Assembly: GCA_050273025.1 (NCBI GenBank)
Contig: CP158635.1
Span: forward strand, 4,092,001-4,156,000
Source of the DNA: Cenococcum geophilum
Taxonomy: Eukaryota
Direction: 5' to 3'
Length of the DNA stretch: 64,000 nucleotides
Under the pieces are notes generated by a model, which ran no database searches, was not told the origin of the DNA, and saw only the letters and a program-made list of their open reading frames with translations. The first letter of the stretch is position 1. Every line of letters begins with the position of its first letter. This document shows positions 46,163 to 60,099 of this stretch, in pieces. The position numbers and the translations under genes are program-made.

Positions 46163-47312
46163 ATGAGCAGCCCCAAGAGACGTATCGAGACGGATGTAGG
46201 TTTCCATGAATGCTTTGAAAGGCTCTACGAGCTTCAATGAGGACAAGGACTGACAAACTGCTGCGTGTGGTATTCAGGTCATGAAGTAGGTCGGAGACAT
46301 TCACAGAGTTCGCTGCACTTTGACTAACAGGAGCGCAGGATGTACGTCCACCGCCAAGCCTTCCAGGTTTCATAATAGTTTTGGGAGTTGTAGTGCAGGT
46401 TGACTGAGGCTTGGGCAGGTTGATGAGCGACTATGAAGTCACTCTGGTCAATGATAATAGTACGTTCGAGAAGGCATGTTCGATTTTATACGCATTTACT
46501 AACCACACTTATAGTGTTCGTCAATCCATTTGACTACATTCAGCACATTGCGTCTATCAACATACTACTAATACATCCGCAGGCAGGAGTTTTATGTCCG
46601 TTTTAAAGGCCCTGATGAGAGTATGCATTTCTAGTAATAAATTCTCTTTTTAGCATATTAACACATGGTTACAGCACCCTTCTCTGGTGGTCTTTGGAAA
46701 ATTCACGTTGAGCTCCCCGACCAATATCCATATAAAAGTCCCAGCATCGGCTTCGTGAACCGAATCTTTCACCCGAATATCGACGAGCTGTAGGAAACCC
46801 TTACTACTTCCACAACAGAAATTTCATTTATGAAAGCTCGAGTTGCGTATACTAATATATTCTCAGCTCTGGCTCCGTTTGTCTGGATGTCATCAACCAG
46901 ACTTGGTCTCCGATGTACGACATGATCAACATCTTTGAAGTGTTTCTGCCTCAGCTGCTGCGTTATCCCAACCCCACAGACCCCCTGAATGGCGAGGCTG
47001 CTGCGCTCCTGATGAGGGAACCAAAGAGCTACGAGGCGAAAGTGAAGGGTGAGTCCCTCTTCCTTCCTTTTTAAACCTGCATTCGATTCAAATCATCTCT
47101 GAACTATCGTGTTTCAGCTGTTCTCTTTGGGCTCGAAGTGTCCTGTAATTAGTTACTAATGAATTCTTACAGAATACGTCATGAAATACGCCTCTAAGGA
47201 CGCCGCAGACGAAGCCGACGAGGAAAGCGACCTCGACGACGAAATGAGTTCCGTCGGCAGCTACGAGTCCGGCGACGACGAGGAGCCGGCTGGGAACATG
47301 GAAGAGATCTAA
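46163..47312 (+). CDS. UBC8: Ubiquitin-conjugating enzyme E2 (Ubc8/UBE2H type), 9 exons including 8-, 3- and 1-nt micro-exons
   Basis: Exons 46163-46195, 46278-46285, 46339-46341, 46419-46459, 46515, 46583-46620, 46675-46789, 46867-47048, 47173-47312 give [71 protein letters not shown] plus an acidic tail. Missed by the ORF track. Confidence 0.93.
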
Positions 47313-48840
47313 CTCAACCCCCTTTCCCATGCATGCGTGCTCCTTCAGTTCCTAGCACGAGCGTTTTTGCATTCATCAATCCCCTATTTTTCCAGCCAGT
47401 ATATCCAAATTCGTTTCACCCCTTTTTTTTTGCTTTTTTGCTTTGACCCCGCGCAGCAGACTGTGCGGGCCGGTGTTTGTACGGATCTGAATCATAGGAG
47501 GACACGAACGACAAGGCGCATGGGGAAAATGGCGATGGCAAATTGAATTGCCTTGATTTCTTGCTTACTCCTTTGTGACTGCTTCTTGTAGATGAGCATC
47601 TATCCATTGAGAGGAGGTATTGGGCTGGGCTGAGTTGGGCTGGCGGTAGGACCGTCACCCGTGGTAGCTTTGATAGGGATGGGAGCGGGTGAAATTGGAG
47701 TTGGTAATGTGGAGATACGTTAGTAGCCGATATAGACCATTTCCTCACTCTGCTTTCTCGAGAGCCTGAATTGCTTTGCCAAAGGCCCCGGTAGCTGCAG
47801 GAGCACACATGTCTACAAGTGCCGTAGATGATAAAGAGGCGAAGGAGATGCCTCCGATCGCGTAGTTACCGCCTTGACTGGTCACGTCTGGTTTCAGCCT
47901 AGGCCTGATGTCTTGATCATGACAGCTGCGCAGCCTGACTGGGCACCGGCACATGTTTCTAATGGCGGTGTGCGCTGTAGGGCAGTCAGACTACTCTGAC
48001 GACATGTCTTGAGGCAGTGAACTGTGGGTCTGACCTTGGCGCTCTGTCTTCCATGCCTGATCTAGAAGCTCAGAAGAAAGCGGGCATGCTCAGAAGAGGC
48101 TAGAAGGTTACAAATAGTGCAGGCTGGGGGCCGATAGATAGGCGAGAAGGCATTCTGGATTGCGTATGCACTATGTACGATGCGCGGCTTGCGGCTTGTC
48201 AGACGTCCATCAGATGCATAACGCATGGAATCTGAAGGAAGTGAGGTTGCGTGATGAAAACAAGTTTGGGGAGATGCAAGGAGGGACGTGCTGCTGCATG
48301 TGGCTTACACGCCGATGCTGGACGCAGCATCGGCAGCTTATACGTGTGAATACGAGGAAAGCGTAATGCTATGAGACAGACCTCGGGAAGACGAGCTGCG
48401 AGAACACTAGGCACGCCGTAGTTAGGTATCGGCAAATACTTTCATCCTCAAGTTGCTTTTCGTTGAAAGCGAGAGGATCTGATCGAAGCGCCTTGCGATG
48501 ATTCAATGACACATGCCGAAGTGCTTCGAAGCGATGACTGTAACAGTATCCCGTACTCGTATGCGGAACGTGCTCCGCCTGACCGTCTCCTCTCTGAACG
48601 CTTTGCCACACGGCGAAATTTCGGCAGAGAGGCGGTGCCTGCCATGAGATACCAAGCGGGAAGGGCTGAAGCGGACGGGACGGCCGAGGATACGGCGGGC
48701 GGAACGCCACAGAGTTTGTTTTTTCGGGCGGGGGAGGGGGGAAATCGCTGGGCCGGTCTAGACTTCTGTGCTGTTTTGGCTGGGGTTTCCGTGAAGCCTT
48801 GCGCTGGAAGCTTGGAACGTAAACAAAAGTTTAATGGCAC

Positions 48841-49075
48841 AGCGGGTGAAGTTTGTCATTTCGTATAAGGCACCAACGCTGGAATTTTACCCTCTACAAA
48901 TATATCCACGACAACATCAAATAAAGGGCCTAAAGCAAGCAAACAGGCATAATAACCCTGTTTTAAGATTATAATATGGTTTTTTATACATTATAAGCCT
49001 AGTGTGATATTTAATTAAGGTGGCAAATTCCAATACATTTTGATACCTTAGACGAAATGACAAACTTCACCCGCT
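48841..49075. mobile_element. MITE (235 bp)
   Basis: TIR AGCGGGTGAAGTTTGTCATTTCGT(A/C)TAAGG, 29/30 match, with an AT-rich interior; no clear TSD. Confidence 0.8.
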
Positions 49076-51585
49076 TGTGTGTAGGTGTCCTGACGCCACG
49101 CAACAAAACGGGAAATACTTTCCCGCTGCTCAGGAGTGCATACGGAACTTACAGGTGCCGGATCCGCGTCTATCTTTTATTTTTATATTTATTTTCTCCA
49201 GGTGGCACCTGCTTCACCAGGTAGGTGGGAGGAAATGTGCAGCAGTGCGGACGTTGTAGTGAGATGCTGGGATGTGATGGGAAGCGCTAGGAGATGACTG
49301 ACATTAGGGTACTATTGCAAACCAACAACACCCCCAGATCCTCTATCTAGCACCTGCTCATTGTCCATACTAACGGTCCGTCAACTTTTTCTCCCATGTT
49401 GGCGACGTAGCCGACAGCTTGGTCCAATGCAGCAATAAAGCTGGATATTATAGGGTGTATGAGACGTGCGCATATACGGCAATGCGCCTTTTTTTTTTAA
49501 AAAAAAAAGCATACTCCGTTTTAGCTGCCGGGGGGGGCGCCATGTCTTCTTTTATAGTAGAATTATAGAGAGCTCGCCTACAAACAATGGCTTAACCAAT
49601 AGACGGAAGAGATCTAAGTCTTTCTCTCCATTATACCCTACCCCCCTAAGGGGACTTTTGCCGTATAGTGTATCTAAAGTGACACGTACTGTATACCGAC
49701 TCCACCCCAATCAAATATCCCCTAAGTAGTAATGTCAAGGCCCCCACCCCTTGCGTACCGTGGCGTGTATTTATATCAAAAGGATGGCGAATCTAATAGA
49801 GGCAGGGGCTGTGGGTAAGCAGCTTAGCGCCGCTAAAACCATGGTGTTTAACACCAAAACGTGGTTTCTCTTTGTTGTAGACTAGCAGTCGTAGTGCAAC
49901 GGCCGTTCCTCTAAGTCGTTGACGGCTGTAGTCTTGAGCGCTGAGGTTCGAGGTATTCGGAGAGACCAGTCGTATTCGGTTAGGCCCGTAGACGCGTTCG
50001 AGTTGATCCGTTCGACGGAGGGGAGACTGCCTTCCTCTCCCTCCCCCTATTGCGTGAACGCCTGTCCACTCGAGCTCGTCTTAGCTTCTCAAAACAAATC
50101 GGTTCACGACCCCGATAAGTAAAGATGCTAGACACCGGACGCTACGTGAAGGTGCGAGCCCATCGTCCGGCTACGGCAATGCGCTGGATGTTGGAAACAC
50201 GCTGTACGTAAGGCACAGAGGTAAAGATGGTGGAGTGGGATGCGACCGGTACTATGAATTTAGGCATAGGAAGGTTAATACTTGCTTTTTATTGTGGGGC
50301 TGTCAAAAGTCAAAAGACCTGCTGGGCCCAAAAATGGTGACTTGTACGACCAGGTACCGTGATGCTGGGGATCCAATCTCGCAGGTGTTGAGACGGTTTC
50401 AGCAACTGTCAATATCCAGATGTCCCCAAACCCGTCCCAACTGTTCCCGAATGTCCCGACAGAAAATTTTCGAGACATGTCACCGTAGGATCACTCATGG
50501 CAAATTCAGCGTCTCCACAAAATCGTCACCACCTTCTTTTGCAACCGCGTCAACGGTCGGAAGGTTCCCGAGGGTTGTGGGGGGAGAGGGGCCCGCTCGG
50601 CGTTGCTGAGAGCGCAGCAAAACCTTAATCGATGCTTTTTCCATCTATACGGAAGCCGACTCAAGACTATCTCTGTGTTTCTGAACCTCTGTGTTTCTGA
50701 ACCAGGTGCCAGAAGCCTTCACCCTAGACCGCACAATTAAAATATTGGCTTGCAACCATTCGGGATCCAAAAAAGCATCAAGTCGGCGGAACTCGGCACC
50801 TGGGCACCTCTTGGCACCTGGGCACGGCGGGGCCGACGAATTGCAGCTGCCGGCGACATGGTCCGGGTGCTTTCAAAGGAGCATCATGCCCACGTGGAGG
50901 CGCTGGGGCTCGGCAGATTGACAATGGCGATGATCTCTCACGCCTCTCCGCCATGAAAAGCGTTGTTAGCGAACGACGACTTTTGGGGAGCTAAGTGCCA
51001 GGAACCGGGTGTCAACACCCACGATCAGACCCGTTAGTCGCGATTTTAAGAGATAGCTCCCGCATCAGGCGAGATACGACGCCAGTGAGATGCTTGTTTT
51101 TGGTCTGGCAGCTGCGTGGCAGCTGTGTGGTCGTTGTCGGAGAGCGTTTCGCATAGAGCACCGGCGCGTAGTATATCGACGGGAACGAGACGTGCCTCTT
51201 ATATTGATCCGAGTCTTGTAACTTGGGCAAGGTGAGTTTAGTACCAGTCGCACTGGGATTAGAAAGTACGGGTAGCTAGCTGGGGTAGAGGCGGCGAGGG
51301 GGCAAGAGTCATTGATGGTGCTGACTGCGCTGCCCACGAGTTTGGGGAAAGGCGACGGAAATTCTCATGTCGGGCACGCACAAAATGAGCGGAGACTAAT
51401 CCGCCCAGCGACAGGGATTCGGGGAGTATGCCGGCAGAGACACACCCATTGCGAAATAGCGAGAAGCTCATACAGTAGCACACCAGCACGCCCATTGTTG
51501 CTCAATGTTGCTCATTGTTGCAGCGGTAGAATATGTGGTGCAGGAAGCGTGGCGTCCCGTCTCGCACGGTTTAAGGTGGTGGCAG

Positions 51586-51660
51586 TAGCATGAACAGCAT
51601 GAACAGCATGAACAGCATGAACAGCAGGAGCAGCAGTGACAGGAGCAGCAGTGACAGCAC
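51586..51660. repeat. Short tandem repeats (AGCATGAAC x4; AGGAGCAGCAGTGAC x2)
   Basis: Read directly; upstream of the kinase gene. Confidence 0.75.
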
Positions 51661-52287
51661 CAGCAATCGTCTTTTGTCGGCAGACAGCAGCAGTTTCGCT
51701 CGCCAGCAGCTAGTTATCACGGACTTTAGGGCGTCTCGGTGGTGTCTTTGAGGACGGAGTCGCATCGCTAACCTCGGTTGGAGTGTGAGACAGGGTTCCT
51801 GACTCTCCAACCAGCCTTAGCCCCACTGGCGCTGTCCCCCCGTTCGCTGCATCCAGTGCGTCCGCGGCATGCGGCAGCATGCTCCCCCAAAAAACGTGGC
51901 GATCCCTGCTCCGTCGCTGGTACTAAGCTCTCCGCCCTATCGTGCATTATTTCCCATTTCCCATTTCCCAGCTGCCTGGTGACCTCCAACCACGACTCCT
52001 GGACCCGGCGACCACCGACAAGCACGATTACCACTGCCCCTACGCTGCTGTGTACCCCCTCCCCATCGCTGACTTTGGTGACCCTCGCATTCATCTTATT
52101 CATATCGTTCCAAGACCAGGCTCTGCATCCACTGTGTCGTATTCGCCCCCGTTTGGCAACCTCAATAGTCCGTCGTCCCCGCCATCAGCAATCCTGCTGC
52201 CCTGGTCTTCACGCCTCATTTGGGGACCGCCCATGAGTTCATGAACATCTGCTTCATTCTGGCCGCCATCTACACTCGCCGTTGCCA

Positions 52288-54354
52288 ATGGGCAATTCCA
52301 ATGGGAAACCGGTAGTCTTTACCGACGAAGGTTGGTCGCCGTCAGCCGCATCTGTCTTGTCATCTCCAAATTATTTCTTTGCTCCTTTCTCTGCACCACG
52401 GTCGATCTCATGGCTGGACATGTCTGCGAATTGGCAGCAAGCCCATGAACAAATATGACTAACTGGGCATCCCCTCCACAGTAAACCTCAACCACTTCCG
52501 CCTATTGCGAGTCGTTGGCAAAGGAGCGTTTGGCAAGGTGCGAATCGTCGAACGAAAAGACACCGGCCTCACATTTGCGCTCAAGTATATCAGGAAGGAT
52601 GAAGGTCAGGCACTGCAGACCAGGTTTCGGGACCGTCCTGGCAGCACACGCTGACCAAGACCAACCTGATGGGCTGTCAATGCTAACGCTGTGTAACAGT
52701 TGTACGATCAGAGAGCGTGCGGAATATTATTCGTGAGCGGCGGATGCTGGAACATCTCAACCATCCTTTCCTTTGCAATCTCCGATATAGCTTCCAGGAT
52801 ATTGAATATTTGTACGTCGCATGTGACTAGGCTGAGATTATCACATAAGTTAATTAAAGTGATAGGTATATTGTTGTTGACCTAATGAATGGCGGCGATC
52901 TTCGATTCCATATTTCTAGAAAGACATTTACGGAGGAGGCAGTGCGATTCTGGATAGCAGAGCTTGGTTGCGCCGTGCGTTACATTCATAAACAGGGTAT
53001 CGTACATAGGGACATTAAACCAGACAACGTGTTACTCGACTCGGATGGACATGTCCATTTAGCGGACTTTGTATGTTTTTGTCTCTATTTGCACGGTGTG
53101 TCTGGCTGACTGCTATCAGAATGTTGCTTCAGATTTTACGCCAACTAAACCCTTGACCAGCAAGTCAGGCACACTAGCATACCTCGCGCCAGAGGTATAT
53201 GAAGGGAAAGGCTATTCCTGCGAGGTGGACTGGTGGTCACTTGGTGTATTATTCTACGAATGCATATACAACAAGGTAGGTTCCCTAAAACCTCATCCGT
53301 ATTCTCATCTAACATAGTTTGTTAGCGACCATTCGAAGCAAGCAACCATGATGGATTATCTCAGAAAATCTTAAAAGGAGAACCCACCTTCCCGGTCACC
53401 AGCCCACAGGTATCGATGCCTTGCTTGCATGCCATTAGCTCGCTCCTAGAGAAGGACAGGAAACAGCGAATTGGCGCCATTGGATTTGGCACATTCTCAG
53501 ACAACCCCTTTTTTAGGCCAATTAACTTTGAAGCATTAGAAAGAAAGGAGATTGAACCTATCTTCATCCCGTCGAGCGACAAAACTAATTTCGACGCAAC
53601 TTACGATCTCGAAGAGCTGCTGCTAGAAGAAGCACCACTGGAAGCTCGTGCAAGGAGGCAAAAGCCACGTGAGCAGCTCAAAGAAGACGCAACGGAGCAA
53701 GAGATTCGGGCCGAAGAACTGCATAAAATGATTGAGACGCTTTTTGAACCCTTCAACTACACTGTAGTTGCTAATGAGCGGCCGGCTATTGTGACGGACG
53801 ATCCGACGGCAACGCATCTCAGCAACAATAGCACCAACACGCCCACGTCCACCTCGTCTCCTAGCGAATGGCCCCGACCGCTGTCCCAACCCAAGACGTC
53901 GGCGGACGACACCCTGCGAGTCTCACGTTCGACCGCAAACCTACGGTCCACGACACACTCTCCAAGTGGTAGTCCACCGCTCCCTACCACCGCTCTTGGC
54001 GCAGCATCCCCCTCCGGCTCCCCTTCCTCGCAACGCGGCGAATGCGGCGACTTCTTTCCGACCGACGAAGCAATCCGGCCCTCTTACCCACGGTCCATTA
54101 ACCGGCAACGCGGTAGCACACGCAGTACCAGCATGGGCGGCGGGGTGCAAGTCGTGCTCAACGAGACAGGCTCGTGGTCCGAGATGGCGAACCAGAGCTC
54201 CGCGATGCTGGCCGACAAGAACCAGACGGCCGAGAGGCCGACAGGCATGCTCGGCTTCCTCACCCGGAAGAAAGGGCGGGACAGGAGCCCAAAGGCGAAG
54301 GAACGGGGCGTGCTGGGCAAGGAGGGAGCACGGGTCATCATCAGTAATACTTAA
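52288..54354 (+). CDS. AGC-group Ser/Thr kinase, YANK/STK32-like (multi-exon)
   Basis: [76 protein letters not shown]; Gly2 is a possible myristoylation site. Confidence 0.92.
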
Positions 54355-55559
54355 ATTGGATTTCGTGGGTGGATTGGGGCTAACAGAAAGGCAGAGGGTG
54401 TTTCTACGGAACGAAAGGCGTTTTCGGTGATTCGGGGCAGCAAATCCTTAGCCTAGCACTCTGGTTTTTTTCCTCCCCTTGTTTGGGAAGAACTTGTGTG
54501 CTTGCCTTTTTGGGGGGAACTTCTCTCTCATCTTCAGCCCTTGGTTATTGATTACTTTTTATTGGCTTTCGGCGGCACCCGGCGTTTAGGAGCGTGCATG
54601 GTGGGCAAGGATGGAAGGAGCATTTCAGAGGATATCCGGACCCACTATGTCTGGCTTTCTCTGTGCGCTTTCCTTTTTCGTTTTGGCCTTCTAACTATCT
54701 ACATTTGTCCCGAGTACATTTAGAGAGATGGGGGGAGGGAAGTGTTGCTGTTGCTGTTGCACTTTCATTTTTTTTCATTCTGAGAGTGGAGGATGTTTCA
54801 GGGGATTACAAAAGTGCGTCGGGAAGCGATTTGATGGTGCGGTAGAATTTGCAAAAAATGGCAGATTCGAGAAAGTGGATTTGGGCTCCTGGATTGTGGA
54901 CTGGATTGTGGATTATGTACATGATCGGCTGTTGCTTTGACAGCTTGCCCCTCTATCCGCGCTACGACAACGGGGGGACCGCCAGGTTTGAAGAGACTCG
55001 GGCAAAAAAAAATATTGTAATTGAGGCATGTTCGTCACTCATGCCTGCTTTGCTTTGAGCTTTGGTTTGGTTCCTGGTGCTGTATGATATGAGATAAGAT
55101 GAGGAAACGGGAGGTTGTAAGATATGCTTGGTGCAGGAATAGAATTCTTGCTTTAAGCTGTTAAGACAAGGTTTTCGCTGGGTTAGGGCATTGGTCATTT
55201 CAGGGCCACCAAAGTTCGAGGCTATCACATATTTAATTCTGGAAGCTGCAATGTTGGCGTGGAAGTCTCTTCAACCTATCATCAAGGGTACTAAGGGGTT
55301 TCTATAGTCCCGCTAGGCACCTCTCGTGTGGCAATAAACTATGAAATATTCTACACGCTTATTTGGCTCAGAATTGCGCTGTTACGCTGTTGCTTTCCAC
55401 GATTAAAGGTTTGCAATGCGCCGGAGGTTGTGCTCTTTGGCAAGGCGTGAGAAAGTGGTGATTCTGGCAACGACACATAATATTGATCAAGGTTGCATGT
55501 TATAAAAAAATACTTTTGTACAGGCGCTACACACTATTTCAACAATATACTCCGGTCCG

Positions 55560-57550
55560 TTAGTCACGCAGAGCCTCAATATCAATAACCTAAAAATAAC
55601 ATTAGCATCTAATAAAAGTTTTTTGGCGCAAGTCGGGGTATACAAACCTCCTTGACCGCCTCCGTTGTGAGAATTAACGGACTTTCCGGTTGAATGCACA
55701 CACTGTCCTCTATGCGTATGCCAATACCTCTAAAGTGAGTTGGCCAGCGGGCATCGTTGGGAACGTAGATCCCACTGTTTTTCATTAGCAATTGCCGCTT
55801 AAGGGAAAGCCTTGAGATGCAGCTTACGGTTCAATCGTAATACATTGCCTTGTTTTTAACTCGCGATTCCTTGGAGATCCTGGAGAGTCGTGAACATCAA
55901 GGCCAATATAATGGCCGAGATGGTGTGGAAATAGAATTTGCAGGGCCTGGAGCATGGAATTAGCCGAGTTATAGTGATAACCACGCCGAAAGACGTACGT
56001 TTCCGGACATGTTGAAGCCAAGCTGTTTCAAACCGTCTCCCAAACTACTAGCGGCGATGTTGTGTAACTTATCCAAAGTCATATCTGCATCCTCACGGCA
56101 AAGTGAGACACAGCTTCTTTGTACATTGAGAATCATCTGATAAAGATCTCGCTGAGGATCTGTGAACTTGCCGTTTGTGGGCCAAGTTCTCGTAATATCA
56201 GTTATGTAGCCACCGCACTCCTGCAACAAATTGTAAGATAAGGCACGGTGACACGGAAATTGGCATTCTTACCGCCCCTGCATCAACGAGTACAAGCTCA
56301 TCACCCCTACGCATGATTAATAAATTTTGTTGAGAAGAGGTGAAGAGGGACAGAAAGTCTCTTACTCGAAAAGCGCATCATTGCGAACATAATGAATAGT
56401 CAAAGCGTGCTAACTAGTTAGACTCTCAATTCTATCTGTTTCAGGTGATGCATACCTCACCTCCCGCAATTACAGGAACATATGCGGGCCCGTCGCAACC
56501 ATTCATTTTGAACCTGTAATCCAAAAACGATTCCAGGTCTTTTTCTCCCGAAAAGTGATTTCGCATTGCTTCTGTTATGGCTCTGCCAGACACTTTCCCA
56601 GCCTTTCTCATATTTATTATCTCTGCTTCACTTTTGAATATCCGGAGGTCATTCATTAGCGGTCGAAGAGGTTTCACAGATGTCCCTTGATTATCCTGGA
56701 AAACTTGCGCAAGGCCTTTCATTTTCGAGGGATCGAAGCCACCCAGATATCTTGTAAACATTGACTTAGTATGAATTGTGCCGGGTAGATCAGTGTAGAC
56801 CTCTTTCGCTCTTCGGATTATTTCCGGCAGTATCTTTGGAAGATGGTTCACGTCCCCTGCCTATGAATATTTAGTCGTATGCCCAGCATTCCTCCTTTCC
56901 TAAGGCTTACCTCGTCGGCGTTAAAGACGTCCTGGGCAGCTTGGACTCCGGAGCGAGGCCCGTCCCATAATTCCGCCTTCGCGTTCTTTGGACGGACATA
57001 TAGGTGGAAGTTATGTTCTTCGCCGTCCCCCAACTTTTCTAATGTCCATCAACACCAAATATATGCAGGCCGGATGACTGCCGTACCTATGACTGCCAAA
57101 GCTTCCGGCTCATTGAAGCCTATTGCTCACTCAGCATTCAAGGAACCAACTCCACTGTGGAAGAATCGTACCAGTCAAGTATAAGAAATCTGGGTCCTGG
57201 TGGTATTTGTAAAAGACAGACCCTGAACGATATTTCAGATCCGAGGCAGCGAGAACCGCGATGGAATTGGGAGGAAGAGATTTTGCTAGCTTCGACCTTC
57301 GGTGAGCATATTCAAGAGCGCTGATTCCCGGCGTCACTGCAATGCTACGTTAGTTTGGGGTCTGGGCAATTGCGAGTGAATTACGGTTACCTTCGCCAGG
57401 TTGTAGCAAATGCGGATGCGTCTCATGAAGGGGCTGACCAAACTGGAGGTCCGCAGCAGACACTAAGGTCCTACGACAACATGGCACCAGATTACGGCGT
57501 GCTCGCACCCTTGAGGCGGAGTGCGATGCGCGCAAAGCTAGTCCCATCAT
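55560..57550 (-). CDS. ICP55: Xaa-Pro aminopeptidase (M24B), mitochondrial intermediate cleaving peptidase 55-like (multi-exon)
   Basis: Presequence-like N-terminus, FGQPLHETHPHLL, YHQDPDFLYLTG, GGYITDITRTWP, HHLGHYIGLDVHD, TIEPG, GIRIED. Confidence 0.92.
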
Positions 57551-57829
57551 CTAATGGTGCTGCTGCTTGGGGAGCATTGTAAGCCGCGTTTGGACGAAAA
57601 GTTCCGGGCTTATCGATAGCGAACCGGAGCCAAGAGTGGGTTCTGATGTCGTCGGATGGGGTACCCAAGTCAAAGATACTTTCTTCCACAGCACTGTTGC
57701 CTGCCAGGCTGCTAGGTACTACATAAATATCCATGCCACCATTTCCTTTCCAACTGGAATTTCCAGCTGACTGAGTCGTATCACCAATTTTATTCCATCG
57801 TCAAGCTGCATCTTCGTCAGTTCGTTAGG

Positions 57830-58877
57830 ATGGCCTCATCGGCCAAATCTTCAATTGTTCCACCAGCGGAGCTGGAGTCCTTTCGACAGTACCTCAAGTC
57901 TTCGAATCGGATACTGGCCCTCGTAGGAGCAGGTCTCTCGGCATCATCAGGCCTTCCTACGTTTCGGGGTGCTGGAGGACTGTGGAGGACACACGAAGCG
58001 ATGGAACTCGCAACTCCTGAAGCATTCAAAGCAGACCCGGCGCTCGTCTGGCAGTTTTACTCCTACCGGAGGCACATGGCGCTCGGGGCGAAACCGAATA
58101 GGGCTCACTATGCGTTGGCCGAGCTGTCAAGACGAAAGGAGGGATTCATGACTTTAAGCCAAAATGTGGATGGTACCGTCACTATTTCCCAACTCAACCA
58201 ACACCGTTTAGCATCACTGGGCTGATGCGGAATATCCAGGTCTGTCACAAAGAGCTGGCCACCCTCCCGAAAAGCTCCAGCTCCTTCACGGCTCGCTGTT
58301 CGACGTAGAGTGCTCCGAGTTCTTCTGCGATTACACCGAGAAGAATAACTTCATCGACCCTATCGTACCAGCACTCGCGATCCCTGTCGATGAGTCCGAT
58401 CCCACAACTAATGAGGCACGACAAGCCCTTTCGGATGCCCTCGATAAAAAGAAAGAAGCGCCTAGGGAGTTGGATATATCGGACGAGAAGGTCCAGCTGC
58501 CAGAGCTTGCAATCCGCGACCTGCCACGCTGTCCCAGGTGTAAACATGGCCTGCTACGGCCAGGAGTGGTTTGGTTCGGGGAGTTCCTCCCGTCAGATGT
58601 ACTAGCCGAAATCGAGAACTGGATGCGCACCTCTAACAAAATAGATTTGATAATGGTCATCGGTACAAGCGCCAAGGTGTATCCAGCTGCTGGATATGTT
58701 GACAGTGCCAGAGCAAAAGGTGCAAGAGTTGCAGTGATTAACATGGATCCAGGGGACACTCCCGCAGGTGGCATGCGCTCTGGAGACTGGTTCTTCCAGG
58801 GTGACGCAGGGGAAATCATGCCTGAGATTTTAAAGTCTGTGATTGGAGAGATTCCGGATCCTGCAGAACAGCTTTGA
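57830..58877 (+). CDS. Class III sirtuin (SIRT5/CobB-like NAD-dependent deacylase; intron 58173-58239)
   Basis: GAGLSASSGLPTFRG, FYSYRR, QNVDGL, LHGS, two CxxC pairs, RPGVVWFGE, GTSAKVYPAA. Confidence 0.92.
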
Positions 58878-59420
58878 TTTTTCAAATTATGCATTATCAA
58901 CTTGTACTGTCATTGATAATTCATCGCAGCAGCGCGGTTCGGAGTAACTGGGTGTTATAAAGCGACATTCGTACACGTATTGTAATACGCGAAGTTCTTT
59001 GGTTTTATCTCACCCACCAGCTTGCGATGCTAGCATTTGTGATCCCTTTTGTTAAGCGCCTAGTATCTTAAAACTTCAACGCAGCGAATGGAGGTGGATC
59101 ATGTTGTGCAACCTAACACATATTTTCTCAAATAAAGATAGCTCTTATCTAGGTTAGGAGCCTAAAAGGGCTGCTCTGTCTAACCCTCTCCCATAGGAAC
59201 AGCCACATTCATTACATTCTGCGTCTTGGATAAGGGCCGAATTGCTTGCAATATGTTATCTGCTATAACAAAAGGATCAAAAAGACAAAAAGGGCTCGTT
59301 CACTTCAGAAACAAACTTCACATCAGACTCATTTGTACCTACTCTGTGCCCCAACAACGGTATATGATGCAACAAGAGCTGTTCACCCTGAACTTCGAAC
59401 CTTTCAAGAGAAATGCAGTC

Positions 59421-60050
59421 TCAGTATTTCCCCTTGGTGGCTCCAATGACCATGTTTTCCACCTTCGCATCATAAATTTTCGAGGGCGTGTGGATGTTTG
59501 CTTTGTACCTTTTCCCAACCTGGACGCCTTCTAACTCTGCATCTGGTTCCATACAGCCTTCCCTGCGAGGGAGTGTAGAGTCTACGAATTTACCATCGAC
59601 ATCTTTAAGACCGCACATGTGTTTATCCCTTGCACCGTTGAACGCATCCAATAACTTGTGGACCGAGCTTGACCAATCAATTAACTGCATTAGTTGGCGG
59701 CATGCTTGATTTGGCGATTGGCGAGACGTAGAAGGTGCTGCTCCTTGAAACGCAACATGCGGTCAAGAGAGAACCCAGAATAGATGATTTTGAATGCTAA
59801 AGCATCGCATGCTTTCATTAAAACTAGTTCCTTGTAGATCAGGTTTTGAAGTTCTCCTAGTATCTTGAAGAAGGTAAATGGTGATTTAAATATCTGGAGT
59901 TGGCTCATTTTCGTTGTCAAAATTTCAATATCTTTGCAGTATTTGTCGACATTCACGACGGGACTGTTAATATCTATGCCTAAGTAGTCAATGTGCATAG
60001 CTTTGAATCAGACGAATGCACTTCGCTATATATTATCATTACTTATGTCT
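59421..60050 (-). pseudogene. Decayed hypothetical gene with an F-box-like segment
   Basis: FTFFKILGELQNLIYKELV...LRLANRQIKHAA resembles the fungal 'FLxLPxELRxxIY...LLxxNRQI' pattern; split across frames and adjacent to the RIP zone. Confidence 0.4.
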
Positions 60051-60099
60051 ATTCCGTGATATTACGTTACGTTATCTTTATATACTACCCTCTGAAATA

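Noticed and set aside
48369..52244. Numerous 60-150 aa ORFs in the UBC8-kinase intergenic region
   Set aside because: No domain motifs, overlapping on both strands, and typical of GC-rich non-coding DNA.
4801..59000. Treating the genes to the right of the captain as Starship cargo
   Set aside because: The captain points left, and the right-hand blocks are dominated by single-copy housekeeping genes.
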